Assembly (NCBI GenBank): GCA_963703235.1
Contig: OY969802.1
Location: 1,805,782 to 1,869,781 of the forward strand
Length of the DNA: 64,000 nucleotides
Source: an uncultured Solirubrobacterales bacterium
GTDB taxonomy: Bacteria; Actinomycetota; Thermoleophilia; Solirubrobacterales; 70-9
Reading direction: 5' to 3'
How positions within the stretch are numbered: position 1 is the first letter of the stretch; the number at the start of each line of letters is the position of its first letter. Positions 1 to 10,100 of this stretch are shown piece after piece. The translations under genes were made by a program, and so were the position numbers. Below the pieces are notes generated by a model. The model did no database searches. It had not been told where the DNA came from and was given only the letters and a program-made list of their open reading frames with translations.

Positions 1-241
1 GGGCCAGCAGCGCCGGTGGTGGCGATGGCGAGCGGTCCTCCCCCAGCTCGATGGCTGCCAGGCCGTACTCGACCGCGGCACAGACAGCGGCTTTGAGCCC
101 TGCGGTGTAGTGGGTGTCGAGGGCAGCGGTATCGGCGACGGCGAAGACACGGGTGAGGACCGCCGTTTCGATCTCGGCTTGGCGGCCGCGCAGGCGGCTG
201 GGCAGCTCAGATGACGTTTGCTCGGCGCGCCGTCGCGGCAT
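1..241 (-). CDS. hypothetical protein, N-terminal part only (gene runs off the window start); possibly a regulator
   Basis: ATG at 241-239 lies 17 nt downstream of the NHL gene stop. My own translation stays open to position 1: MPRRRAEQTSSELPSRLRGRQAEIETAVLTRVFAVADTAALDTHYTAGLKAAVCAAVEYGLAAIELGEDRSPSPPPALLA. It is absent from the ORF track because no stop lies in the window. It faintly resembles N-termini of actinobacterial PucR/CdaR-type regulators, from weak recall only. Confidence 0.3.
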   Translation of the reverse strand, partial: MPRRRAEQTSSELPSRLRGRQAEIETAVLTRVFAVADTAALDTHYTAGLKAAVCAAVEYGLAAIELGEDRSPSPPPALLA

Positions 242-258
242 GGGCCGGACCCCCCTCC

Positions 259-2052
259 TCACCCCCGCGCCGTACAGCTGCGCGTCAGGGTCGCGCTCAG
301 CTCTCTGCCGCCGATGAAAGAGAAGGTGGCTTTGGCCAGCGGGAAGAGCGCCCCCGGGAAGCCCTTGGGCGCCGGGCAGCCGGCGGAGAGGAAGCTGCGG
401 CGCTCGCCGCGGAAGCCGAACCTGCGCCCGAGCTTCAGATCGATGCCAGTGACGTAGCCCCAATCGCCCGTGAGAGAGGCGAGCGAGACCTCGAGGCGGG
501 TGGCGAAGGTGCCCGTTCCGCGGCGGATCTGCAGCGGTAGGACGACCGAGGTGGGAACCGGCTTGGTGCCGTAGATATGGGCGAAGATCACCGGCTCCCC
601 CTTGAGCATGCCGTTGAAGGCGAGGACCTTGCCGGCCGATGGAAATGGCGACTGCTCCGGCAGGCGCACGGTGGCGGAGAACCGCCCTTCGCCGACCAGG
701 GCGGGGCGGCAGGCTTCGAGGGCCTGGGCGCTCGTCGAGGGGTCGATGTCGCTGAGGCGGCAGCGCTGCAGGCCGCGGGAATCGAGGCGTCCGCCCCGGT
801 TGAAGGCGAAGACCACCTTGCGAAGCTGCGGCGGGCTGTCGGGGTCGGTGGAGGTGATGTGGCCGCCGATCCTGACCGTGATCGGCGCGGTTCCCTTGCG
901 GGGCAGGCGCTTCGGCGCCAGGTCGCCGCTCACCGCGACCCGGATCGACCCCTTCTGCACCAGCTCGGCCCCCGCGCGCAGCGGCCGGGGATGGGCCGAG
1001 GTTGCCGCCGGCGCCGGCGGGCCAAGCGGAGCGCTCTGCGCAACGCCGCCGCCGAGCGGCTGCGAGGTCCCTTCCTGCGGCGGTCCGTGGATCGTCAGCC
1101 CGAAGCCCGAGTAAGGCGAGTACTCGAAGACGTTGGCTTTTTCGCCGTTGCCGTCGGTGACGTAGAGCGTGCCATCCGAGGCGACGGCGATGCCCGAGGG
1201 CTCGCCGACCACCGGGGCACCCGGAAGCTGCCCGAGGAAGGCGCCGGAGGAGTCGAACTCGTAGATCACCGCCTGGGGATGGGTGAAGCCGGGCTGGACG
1301 TTGTCGACCACGAGCAGGTTCCCGTTCGAGGGGTCCACCGCAAGTGCCGCGTCGACCAGCGAGACGAACTGACCCCTGAAGGTGTCCAAGCCGTCGATGA
1401 CGTCGACCGGGTCATCCGAGTCGCTGGCCGGTTCGTAGACCTCGATCACGTTTTGGTCCGCGTCGGGGACGTAGACGCGACCCTCGAAGGCGGCAAGGCC
1501 GTAGGCGTCGCCGAGGCTGCCGACCCCGATCAGGAGCGGTTCGCCCCCGTCCAGCACCGGCGCCCCGGAGGAGTCGTAGACCGCGACGTAGGTGCGGTCG
1601 TTGACGTAGAGGCGATCGGTGCTGCGGTCGACCGCGATCCCGGTCGTGTCGTCATCGTCGATCGTCACCGCCGGCAGCAGCCGCAGCGCCCGCTGGTGCC
1701 AGACGTTGACGTAGAGGCGACCGGTCGAGTCGATCGCGAGACCACAGGGGCCCTCGGGGGCGCTGGCGACGTGCATCCCGGACTGGTAGAGCCCCGAGCT
1801 CGAGAAGACGTGAACCCGCCCGTGGTAGTAGTCGGAGACGTAGAGGTCGCCGCCGGGAGCCACCGCCAGCCCGCAGGCGCCTTCGATCTGGCCTTCGGGG
1901 GGCGGGATCATGCTCGGGCCGGATTCTTTGGTGACGAGCATCGCTTTGGAGAGCAGCGATCGGTTCGCCTGCGCCGTCGCCGCACTCAAGACCAGCGCCA
2001 GCAGCCCCGCCAAGACCAGGTACCGCGTCGCCCGCTTTGCCTTCGACCTCAT
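259..2052 (-). CDS. secreted six-blade NHL-repeat beta-propeller protein with a C-terminal domain of about 240 aa of unknown function
   Basis: Uses an internal in-frame ATG of track ORF 259..4182. The 710 codons upstream are Arg/Pro-rich and overlap the next gene in another frame. Signal peptide MRSKAKRATRYLVLAGLLALVLSAATAQA. Six NHL-type blades: CGLAVAPGGDLYVSD, CGLAIDSTGRLYVN, GIAVDRSTDRLYVND, GLAAFEGRVYVPD, LAVDPSNGNLLVVD, GIAVASDGTLYVTD. ATGA overlap with the upstream stop at 2049-2052. Confidence 0.8.
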   Translation of the reverse strand: MRSKAKRATRYLVLAGLLALVLSAATAQANRSLLSKAMLVTKESGPSMIPPPEGQIEGACGLAVAPGGDLYVSDYYHGRVHVFSSSGLYQSGMHVASAPEGPCGLAIDSTGRLYVNVWHQRALRLLPAVTIDDDDTTGIAVDRSTDRLYVNDRTYVAVYDSSGAPVLDGGEPLLIGVGSLGDAYGLAAFEGRVYVPDADQNVIEVYEPASDSDDPVDVIDGLDTFRGQFVSLVDAALAVDPSNGNLLVVDNVQPGFTHPQAVIYEFDSSGAFLGQLPGAPVVGEPSGIAVASDGTLYVTDGNGEKANVFEYSPYSGFGLTIHGPPQEGTSQPLGGGVAQSAPLGPPAPAATSAHPRPLRAGAELVQKGSIRVAVSGDLAPKRLPRKGTAPITVRIGGHITSTDPDSPPQLRKVVFAFNRGGRLDSRGLQRCRLSDIDPSTSAQALEACRPALVGEGRFSATVRLPEQSPFPSAGKVLAFNGMLKGEPVIFAHIYGTKPVPTSVVLPLQIRRGTGTFATRLEVSLASLTGDWGYVTGIDLKLGRRFGFRGERRSFLSAGCPAPKGFPGALFPLAKATFSFIGGRELSATLTRSCTARG

Positions 2053-4874
2053 GCTCCCCTCCCTCCTTTGCGCTTGCCCTTCTTCCCGCAGCTCGCCCTC
2101 ACGACCGGTTGCCAGGCCCAGCCGCGGTCGTTGTGCCCGAGCAGGCGGGCGTTGCCGAGCGGCGAGTCCTGGCAGAGATCGCGGGCGGAGTTGACGAGGA
2201 TGCCGCGCTTGCCGCCGCGCATCCGCAGCACGAACTTGGTCACCGGGGCGTCCGGGATGACGTCGAAGCGGCCGCGGATCCCTCCCCGCACCGAGTCGAT
2301 CCGCCCGACCAGGTCGATCTCGAAGCCGCGGCCGCGGAGGGCGAAGACGACGTCCGGCAGCGGGTTGTCGGAGGAGCGCAGGTAGACCGGCCCTTCCAGC
2401 GGCACGTCGAGCAGCGGCGTGAAGGCCCGGGCGTGCCCGTAGATCGAGCCACGCGGGCAGGCGCCGGCCGCGAATTGGACCCTGGTGCAGATCGTCTCGA
2501 TGCTCTCCTGGTCGAGGAAGAGCGAGGGAGGCAGGGTCACCGCCGCCCTGGCGATGTTGGCGTCGCCGGGCCGCGGCCGCACCACCGCCCGCAACGAGGG
2601 ATGGGCGCCGCGCTTGGTGGCGCCGAGGAGGCGCATCGAGAGCCGCGGCCGGAAGCCGAGCGCGCCGCAGTTGAAGGCCTGGAACGGGACGGTCGCGGTG
2701 GCCAGGGTGTCGTCGCCGATGTCGGCCAGCCGCAGTCCGGCCCCGTTGAGGTTGGAGGACAGCGACTTGGGGGCGCAGCTCGTCGGGTTGATCGTGACCC
2801 GGGGGCGGTCGATGTAGGCGCGGACGTCCCTGAGGTGGACCGGGATGCCGTCGATGATGTGGGGGATCGGGTCGGTGCCGGTGGCGTCGATCGAGACCTG
2901 CCCGGTGCGGCGGTCGACGCGGATCGCCGAGCGGACGATCACCGTGCCGAGATCGAACGGCCCGACCAGGGCGGCGTCGATCGCCACCACCGAGAACTGC
3001 GAGCCCTTGTAGGGGCCGGCCAGGTAGAGGTTGCCGGGTGCGTAGGAGAGGACCGTGCCGAGGCCGTAACCGGCGAGCGTGCGACCGATCAGCGAACCGG
3101 CCGGGCAGCTCGGGCTGCGCAGCTCCTCGAAGCCCGACCTGTGCTTGGCCCGCTCCAGGTCGGCCTCCGAGCAGAAGGGCACGCCGGAGACGTTGCCGAG
3201 CAGGCCCGGCGGCAGGGTCGCCGAGTAGGAGACGACCTCCTGCTCGGTGTCCCTCCTCGTCAGGTGCAGATGGAACGGCGAGTAGGCGCCGGCCTGGGAA
3301 TTGAGGGTGCCGCCCGTCGCCTGCGGGACGAAGGGCGCCAGGCCCACCGGGCAGGGACCGCCGCCGGCGCCCGCGGTTATCGAGAGCGGCAGGGAGAGGT
3401 GCTTCGATTTGCCGGCGTCGAGCCAGGGGGTGAAGTCGGCCTCGGTGGAGAAGGTCCCGCAGGCCGCAGGCGTGGCCAGCGGGCTGCGCTGCCCTTCGCG
3501 GAAGTGCAGGTGCAGCTTCGAGTAGGGCAGCTGCGGCAGACGATCGAAGCTGGCGGTGAGGCTCCCGGTCCGCTGGTCGGGTCGCATTTCGCCGGCGACC
3601 TTGACGAGGACCCCCCACTGCTCGGACTTGGCGACGAGGTAGAGGGCGATCAGCGACCCGAACGGGTTGCGGAAGGGGGCGGCGAGGAAGATCGAGCCGC
3701 CGAGATGGCCGCTGTAGAAGGGGCTGTCGACGGTGAAGTCGCCGATCTTGGACTCGTTGGGACAGCCGGCCCCGGGCGGCGAGATGCCGGTCTCCGCCTG
3801 GAACTGCGTCCGCTCGCAGACGCCCAGACCGGCTCCCACCGAGGGGTTCACGGTCACCCCGTTGGGGAGCCTGACGAGGGCTTTGCGCAGCGGCGAGGGG
3901 GCGCGCCGATCGGGGTCGGTGAAGCCGGATGCGTCGACTTCGATGTTGAACTTGTAGCCCGAGGGGGAGGAGGCGCGCGGGTCCGAGAGATGGGTCGTCG
4001 CCCGGGGGTCGAAGTCGAGCGACTGGCACCCCTCCAGCGCCGGCCTGTCGAGCGTGCGGGTGGCGGCGGTCTCTCCCTCCCAGGAGGTGGCGGACGCGCC
4101 GAAGGAGAGCGGCGCGTCGCAGTAGGTGGGCATGGTCAGGTAGGCGATGGGCGGGTTTTTCAGCGGCCTGCCGATCGAGCATTTGGCCCAGCCGAAGGAG
4201 GGCTCGGCCTCGTTCAGGCAGTCGCCGCGCTGGTCGTTGTGGAGGATCGACCAGGGCACTCCCCAGATCGACAGCTCCAGGCCGGAAATGGCGAGGAGCT
4301 GGGGGACGTTCTCGGCCACCATCGTGACCCCGTACTCCCCCTCGGCCTGGCGCAGGGCCGGGATGAAGACGATCGGCGCGCCGTAGGGGTTCGCGCCAAC
4401 CTGCGAAGGCGCCCCCGGCGGCGGTTCGAGGTTGAACAACCCGAAGGTCCGCGTCTGGCCGCCGGCGAAGGAGGAGCGCACGGTGAGGATCCCGACCTGG
4501 CTTTTGTCCGGGCAGTTCTCGCCGGAGAGGCTCGCTTCGAAGGGAGAGGAGCGCGGGGTGTGGAAAAGAGCCTGCGAGCAGGTCGGGACGGCACGCTGGT
4601 TTTCGATCAGGCCCGGCGGCAACTCGAATTCGAGATCGCGCAGGTCGCCCTCGGTGAAGGGCGCCCCCACTTCCGCGCTCGGCTCAAAGCCGACGCTCAG
4701 CTCGAGCGCCACCGGGTGGGACCCGGCCTGGGTGGCGGGCGCGCCGCCCTCGGTCAGCACGGCGGCGTCGAAGCCCTGCGCCGCCGGCTGGAAGTCGAAG
4801 GCCCCGGCGCCGGGAGGCGCGATGGCCGCAGCGAGAAGGAGGCCGCAGAGGATCTGGCCGACGCGAGCCCTCAT
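2049..4874 (-). CDS. large secreted protein of an unrecognised family (B1; paralog of 10535..13849) with a Cys-polybasic C-terminal tail
   Basis: Track ORF of 941 aa with signal peptide MRARVGQILCGLLLAAAIAPPGAGA. Collinear motifs shared with B2: QAGSHP/QAGGHP, LYLAGPYKG, GPFDLG, VRSAIRVDRRTGQV/VRAALRVDPKTAQI, DAPVTKF..GGKRGILVNS..LC / DAPVSTF..GGKRGLVVNS..LC. Ends in CGKKGKRKGGRGA. ATGA overlaps at both ends. Confidence 0.8.
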   Translation of the reverse strand: MRARVGQILCGLLLAAAIAPPGAGAFDFQPAAQGFDAAVLTEGGAPATQAGSHPVALELSVGFEPSAEVGAPFTEGDLRDLEFELPPGLIENQRAVPTCSQALFHTPRSSPFEASLSGENCPDKSQVGILTVRSSFAGGQTRTFGLFNLEPPPGAPSQVGANPYGAPIVFIPALRQAEGEYGVTMVAENVPQLLAISGLELSIWGVPWSILHNDQRGDCLNEAEPSFGWAKCSIGRPLKNPPIAYLTMPTYCDAPLSFGASATSWEGETAATRTLDRPALEGCQSLDFDPRATTHLSDPRASSPSGYKFNIEVDASGFTDPDRRAPSPLRKALVRLPNGVTVNPSVGAGLGVCERTQFQAETGISPPGAGCPNESKIGDFTVDSPFYSGHLGGSIFLAAPFRNPFGSLIALYLVAKSEQWGVLVKVAGEMRPDQRTGSLTASFDRLPQLPYSKLHLHFREGQRSPLATPAACGTFSTEADFTPWLDAGKSKHLSLPLSITAGAGGGPCPVGLAPFVPQATGGTLNSQAGAYSPFHLHLTRRDTEQEVVSYSATLPPGLLGNVSGVPFCSEADLERAKHRSGFEELRSPSCPAGSLIGRTLAGYGLGTVLSYAPGNLYLAGPYKGSQFSVVAIDAALVGPFDLGTVIVRSAIRVDRRTGQVSIDATGTDPIPHIIDGIPVHLRDVRAYIDRPRVTINPTSCAPKSLSSNLNGAGLRLADIGDDTLATATVPFQAFNCGALGFRPRLSMRLLGATKRGAHPSLRAVVRPRPGDANIARAAVTLPPSLFLDQESIETICTRVQFAAGACPRGSIYGHARAFTPLLDVPLEGPVYLRSSDNPLPDVVFALRGRGFEIDLVGRIDSVRGGIRGRFDVIPDAPVTKFVLRMRGGKRGILVNSARDLCQDSPLGNARLLGHNDRGWAWQPVVRASCGKKGKRKGGRGA

Positions 4875-7111
4875 CGGTGCCCGCTCCCGCGCCTGGCCTG
4901 CTTGCCCGCGCCTCTGCCGCGCTGGCGCTGGCCGCGCTTCTTGCGCTTGGACTTCTTCTTCGGCCCGAAGTAGCGGGGCGACGGGTTGCCGGCGTTGGGC
5001 GTGAGCGTGCCCGGGCTGGGATCGTCGGGCGGTGCTGGCAGGCTCTGGCAGGCGTCGGCGATGCAGGCGATCGGTTTGAGCACCGCCGGGAAGCCGCCGC
5101 CGATCCTGGCGTCGTAGAGGTCGATCGAGCCGGGGTCCTCGGCGACCAGGGACTCGTCGGTGAGGAAGTAGACGTCAGAGCCATCCTCGCTCGCGTCGAC
5201 GAATGAGGCCCCCTCGGTCGCCCGGCCGCTGGAGATCAGGCGCACGCAGCCCGGCGAGCGCTGGCAGTCCCCCACCCCGTCGGCCTCCCACTGGTAGACG
5301 TCGGGGTGGGAGTTGGTGTCGCCGACGACCAGCTTGTCGGCGGACTCGAAGAAGAGGCGGTTGCCGCCGGCGGCGAGGGCGCGCGGCTTGTAGGCGGCGG
5401 TACTGCCGTTGACGAGCGCGCCCGGGAGCGAAGCGGGCCCCTGGGAGCGTTCGCCGGTCGGGTTGCAGGAGGCGCAGATCAGCCGCGCGGCGCCACCTGC
5501 GGGCGCTGGCCCGTACAGGTAGGCCTCCATCTGCCCGGCGTTGTCGAAGGCGGCAAGTTCCTGCGAGGAGAGGAAGGCCAGGTGCTCGCCGCTGGCGCTG
5601 ATCCGCGCGGTCCCGCTGGCGGGGGGGTGATTGCTCGGGGCGACGGCCGGACCGGCGGCGATCGTGGTCGTCGCGCCTTCGTGCCATTGCTTCAGCCCGA
5701 CGGCGTCTTGGTAGTAGAGGTAGGCGCCGTTGGCGGAGGCGCCGAGCACTCCGACCACGCCGCCCGCCGGCGTCAGATCGATAACCGCTTTGCTGGCCGC
5801 CGCGAAGCGGTGGACGTGGCCCGCCTTGGTGAAGAAGGCGAGCGATCCATCGGCGCTGATGGTCTGGAACGCCCCCCCTCCCCCTACCGCTTCGTCCACC
5901 CAGAAACTCTGGCCGCCATCGCGCAGGTAGAGGTTGCCGTCCAGCGTCCAGTACACGCGCGAGCCGTCAGCCGACACCGCCCCGATCGGGGCCGCGATCT
6001 GCGCCCCCGGCGTCCCGGTTCCGTCCCCCGGCAGCAGGTTCAGCAACGCCAGCCCGGCGGCCGAGCGCAGGTAGAGGTTCTGGGCGTCGGCGTCGCACCG
6101 CCCCGGCCCGTCCGGCACCTCGGTCGCGTTGACGCTGAGCGCCGCGCAGCTCGCGAGCACGATGTGAGCGAGGTCGGGGCTGGCGGCGGCGAAAGAGGCC
6201 TCGAAGGCTTCGTGGGAGACCGAAGTGTGGGCGAGATCGGCCGGGGCGAGCAATGAGGCGAAGGAGCCGCTCGCGTTGTCCCGCAAGTAGTAGGCCATGT
6301 GCCCGGGCGGCGCGCCCGAGCCCGGGATGACCGGGGTCGGTGCGGGACAGCCGGCGAGGCCGCCACGGCAGGCGAGGCCGCCGGAGAGCAGCCCCCGGCC
6401 GAGATCGGCGGAGAACAAACGGTAGGGAGCCCCGTCCGGATCGTCGCCGTAGGCGCCCGAGGCGGTCGGCGGGGAGAGGTTCTCGCTGCTCCAGCCCGCG
6501 GCGGTCCTGCGGGCGAGGTACTGGGAGGCCGGCGGCGCGCCCTGCGGCGACCCGAACGCACTGGCGGAGCTGTAGGTGAGGGCGCCCCCGGCGGCGGCGG
6601 CCTGGAAGTGACCGCCGCCGAAGAGGGCGCCCGGGGCGGCGATCGAGCCGCCGCCTTTGTCGGCGGGCGAGACGAGCTCCCAGCCGCGATCGTCCGGAAG
6701 GCCGAAGGTCGCCGTGCTCTCCTGGGTGGCGAAGATGCGCTCGGGGCCGGTGGCAACGTCATCGGCATTGGTGGCCACCGCCCGGAAGCGGTAGGCGGTG
6801 GCCGGGACGAGGCCGCCGACGTGCTGGACTACCGCCAGCGCCGAGGTCCCCGAGCCGAGCGGCGCCTGCCCCGAGACCGGCGCTTTCGCGGCGGCGGCAA
6901 AGCCACTCGCTTCATAGGCAGCCTGGGTCACGTACTCGACGCGGTAGGTGCTGGAGGGGCCGTTGGGTTTGATCGACGCCCGCAGGTTGGCGCCGGTGGC
7001 GGTGACATCGGTGACCCAGCTTTCGACGATCTGCGGCGGCGCCGCCTGGGCGGGGGTAGACGTGAGCGCCAGGGCGCCGGCGGTCAGAGCGAGAGCAGCC
7101 TTTGCCTTCAC
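4871..7111 (-). CDS. secreted FN3 plus PD40/TolB-like propeller protein (C) with a Cys-rich C-terminal module and polybasic tail
   Basis: Track ORF of 746 aa, GTG start. Signal peptide MKAKAALALTAGALALTSTPAQA. N-terminal FN3-like domain (TATGANLRASIKPNGPSSTYRVEYV...TAYRFRAVATN). The C-terminal module CASCNPTGE...DVYQWEADGVGDC...DLYDARIGGG...CIADAC is shared with the A proteins. Tail is PKKKSKRKKRGQRQRGRGAGKQARRGSGHR. Confidence 0.8.
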   Translation of the reverse strand: MKAKAALALTAGALALTSTPAQAAPPQIVESWVTDVTATGANLRASIKPNGPSSTYRVEYVTQAAYEASGFAAAAKAPVSGQAPLGSGTSALAVVQHVGGLVPATAYRFRAVATNADDVATGPERIFATQESTATFGLPDDRGWELVSPADKGGGSIAAPGALFGGGHFQAAAAGGALTYSSASAFGSPQGAPPASQYLARRTAAGWSSENLSPPTASGAYGDDPDGAPYRLFSADLGRGLLSGGLACRGGLAGCPAPTPVIPGSGAPPGHMAYYLRDNASGSFASLLAPADLAHTSVSHEAFEASFAAASPDLAHIVLASCAALSVNATEVPDGPGRCDADAQNLYLRSAAGLALLNLLPGDGTGTPGAQIAAPIGAVSADGSRVYWTLDGNLYLRDGGQSFWVDEAVGGGGAFQTISADGSLAFFTKAGHVHRFAAASKAVIDLTPAGGVVGVLGASANGAYLYYQDAVGLKQWHEGATTTIAAGPAVAPSNHPPASGTARISASGEHLAFLSSQELAAFDNAGQMEAYLYGPAPAGGAARLICASCNPTGERSQGPASLPGALVNGSTAAYKPRALAAGGNRLFFESADKLVVGDTNSHPDVYQWEADGVGDCQRSPGCVRLISSGRATEGASFVDASEDGSDVYFLTDESLVAEDPGSIDLYDARIGGGFPAVLKPIACIADACQSLPAPPDDPSPGTLTPNAGNPSPRYFGPKKKSKRKKRGQRQRGRGAGKQARRGSGHR

Positions 7112-10100
7112 CTTCCCCTGAGACGCTGCCCGCTCCCCTTCTTGCCCGCGCAGCGGCCCCTGCCTTTCGCGCGCGCCACTCGCTTGCGCTTCGCGCAGCG
7201 CGGTTTTCCGTTGCGCCCGTCGGGGTTGGGGGGACCGACGAAGCTGGCGCTGCCGGGCGAGGGGCTTACCGGCGGCGGGGTCGGCGCCGGTTTGCAGGCA
7301 TCTGCCTCGCAGATCGGCGGCGGCGGCTGGTTCTGGGCAGCAAGACCGCCCTCTACGCGGACGTCATAGACGTCTCGCAGCGCGTCCTTGTCCTGGCCGA
7401 CCAGCTGCTCGGTGGTGAAGAGGAAGGCGTCATCGCCGCTCGCGGAGGCGTCGGCGAAGAGCGAGGGCTCGCTGCTCTCGCCGTTGGAGAGCAGGTAGAG
7501 ACAGCCGCCGTTGGAGAAGGTGCCTTCGCAGGAGCCAGAATCCTTCTGCCTCCCACATGTATACGTCTAGGCAGGTGGGGAAGACCTGGCTCTCCGAGCC
7601 GCTCCGCGGGCAGCCGTCCAAGCCGTTGACGTCGGCACCGACCAGCGCGTCTGTCGTCTCGAAGAAGACCCGCTCGCCGTCGGCGGAGAGGTTTCGGGTC
7701 GTCAGCGCTGATCCCCGCGCGGGGATCAGCGCCGCCGGGATCATGCGGGCCAGCCTCGGCGTTCCGCTCGGCGCCGCCCCGCTCGGATTGCAGGAGACGC
7801 AACTGAGGCCCTCCCCCACCCGGTAGCGGTAGAACTGCGGGACGCCTTCGTTCTCGTACTCGCTGAGCTTCTCCTGGGAGCGGAAGAGCAGGGTTTGCCC
7901 GTCGGGGCTGACGCGGGAGGTCTTCTGGAACCAGTTTAGGGTGAGCCCCATCCGCGGGGTCGCGGAGGCCGACCAGTTGGCCGTGTCAGACGTTCTTTCG
8001 TCGCCTCCCGCATCGAGCCTGGCGATGAAGCTGATCTGCGCCCCGCCGCCTTCCATTTCGCGCCAGAGGTAGAGGTTGCAGTTGCCGCTCCCGCCCGCCA
8101 CCGGCCCCTCGCAGTTCCCCGGCGTCGCCGGCCCGCCCCCATCGAGGTCGCCGTTGGCGGCGAAGTAGACGTGGGTGCCGTCCTGGGAGATGCCGAGCAC
8201 TCCCTGGACGTCGGCGCCGTTGGCATCGTCGGTGTCGAGGACCAGGTCAGACAGCTTCTCCCCCGTCGCGCTGTGGTCGTAGCGGTAGAGGTCGTTGCCC
8301 GCGTTGGGGACGACCTCCTGGTTGGCCGACCAGTGGATGTGGGTGGGGTCGACCGCCAGCCCCTGCGGGTGCCTGGCGCCTTTGACGAATTCCAGCTCGA
8401 CTTCGGTGATCGCGCCCGGGTTGTTGAGTTTGGCCCGCCCGATCACGTCGTTTTTCTCATCGGCCCAGTAGAGCCGGTCGCCAGCGACGGCGATGCCGCG
8501 GAAGCGGTCGCTGGTGCCGGTGAAGAGGAGTGAGGTCCGCTCTTTCGGTTCTGCCAGCGTAATCCGCACGAGGTTGCCGTTGTTGCCTTCGGTGAAGTAG
8601 AGGTAAGTGGCGTCAAGCGCCAGCCCGGCGGCGTCGTAGCCGAGCGGCTCGCCGCCTTCATCCACCGTCCAGGGCTGGATCACTTCCCCGCCTTCGATCG
8701 TGGCGCGGGCGATGCCCTTAGTGAGGAAGGGAAATACAGTGCCGCTCCCCGCGTTCGCCCAGTAGATGTGAGTAGTGTTGACCGCGATCCCCTGCGGGTT
8801 GTGAGCACCGGTGATGAAGCTCGGTTTGACTTCTTCGCCGTCGAGCTCCGCCCGCCCGATCGTGCCGTTGCCGTTCTGGCCGTCGACGGCGTCGGTCCAG
8901 TAGACGTGTTCGGAGTCGGTCGTCACCCACTGGGGTTTGACGGGAGCTTCGATGAAGCTGGGGTCGACTTCGGTTTGTCCGTCTAAGGTGGCTCGCCCGA
9001 TCGTCCCGGCTTTGGGGTCTGCCCAGTAGACGTGGGAGCCATCGACCGCGATTCCCTTGGCCGAGGCAGGCAGGAAGTCGAGCTGCGTTGGCGAGCCGCC
9101 GATGCCCGCACGGGCGATCGCCGCCGGTTCGGGTTCGGGTCCGGTGGTGGCGTCGTTCGTCAGCTTCTCTGAGGAGGTGAAGAAGGTCTTGGTGCCGTCT
9201 TTGCTGGCGCCCATGAAGGCGGCGGGCTGGGTGCCGGCGGCGTCAGCGCCGCCGAGTCCCAGGCCGTTGGTCTTCTTAGTCGCCGAGACGTGGATCGTGC
9301 AGGCTTTGGCCGCTTCGGTGCAGTTGCCTTCGATGTCGAGCGCGCTCTGTGGCTCGGTTGGGTTGAGGCGCAGGTAGAGCTGCCCGGTGCCTGCCGCGGT
9401 GAAGGAGAGCGAGCCCTCGGGGGTGACGGCGCGCTGTTCCTGGAGGTAGTAGCTGCGCGCGGTGCCGCCGGTTGCGAGGGTGGCCGGGCTGGTGCCTTGC
9501 ACCCAGTCATAGGGGCCGGCGAAGGCGCCTTGGGGCGGGCTCTGGCCGTCGTTTAGGACGCTGGCGAGGCTTATCTCGCCGCTGTCGCGATCCCAGGCGT
9601 AGAGGTTGGAGTCCCCTTCGAGAGCCGCTGGGGTCAGTTTGGCGTCGGCTTCGAAGATCATCTTCGAGCCGTCGGCGGAGGCGCCGGCGTAGCGGGGGGC
9701 CAGGTTGGGGATGTAGTCGACGATCGTCTCCAACGGCCCACCGTCGCTGGGGCGCCTCAGAAGCGTCGTTTCCTCGGGTTCGGTCAGTTTGGTCGCCTCG
9801 TCGAAGACCGCCGAGAAGTCGGGCAGCCAGCCGATCGCGTGGGCCTTCTGGCCGGTTGCCGCGGGGGGCAGCAGGCCTTCGGTGAACCAGCCTCCTGCGC
9901 CGCGGCTTGCCAGGTAGAGGGGGAGTTCCTGAGAGCCTTCGCCTCCCGGGAAGCCGGCGTCGCTCATGAAGGTGATGCCGTCACCCGTGGGCGTCGCCTG
10001 GACAAAGGAGGAAAAGCCGATCGCGTGGCCGCCGTTCTTCTGCACGGGGGAGGCCTGCTCATAGGCGCGGCAGTCGGGAAGGTGGGCGGAGGGCAGATCA

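Noticed and set aside
2053-4182. The N-terminal 710 codons of track ORF 259..4182
   Set aside because: This part is Arg/Pro-rich junk overlapping gene B1 in another frame. A clean signal peptide, RBS context and ATGA coupling appear at the internal ATG at 2052, so only 259..2052 is called.
577-4973. Long plus-strand ORFs (577..2385, 2037..4973 and others) antisense to the secreted-protein genes
   Set aside because: Their translations are Arg/Gly/Pro/Asp-rich and low in complexity, with no signal peptides or motifs. They lie entirely opposite well-supported minus-strand genes. This is the typical stop-codon-poor antisense frame of high-GC DNA.
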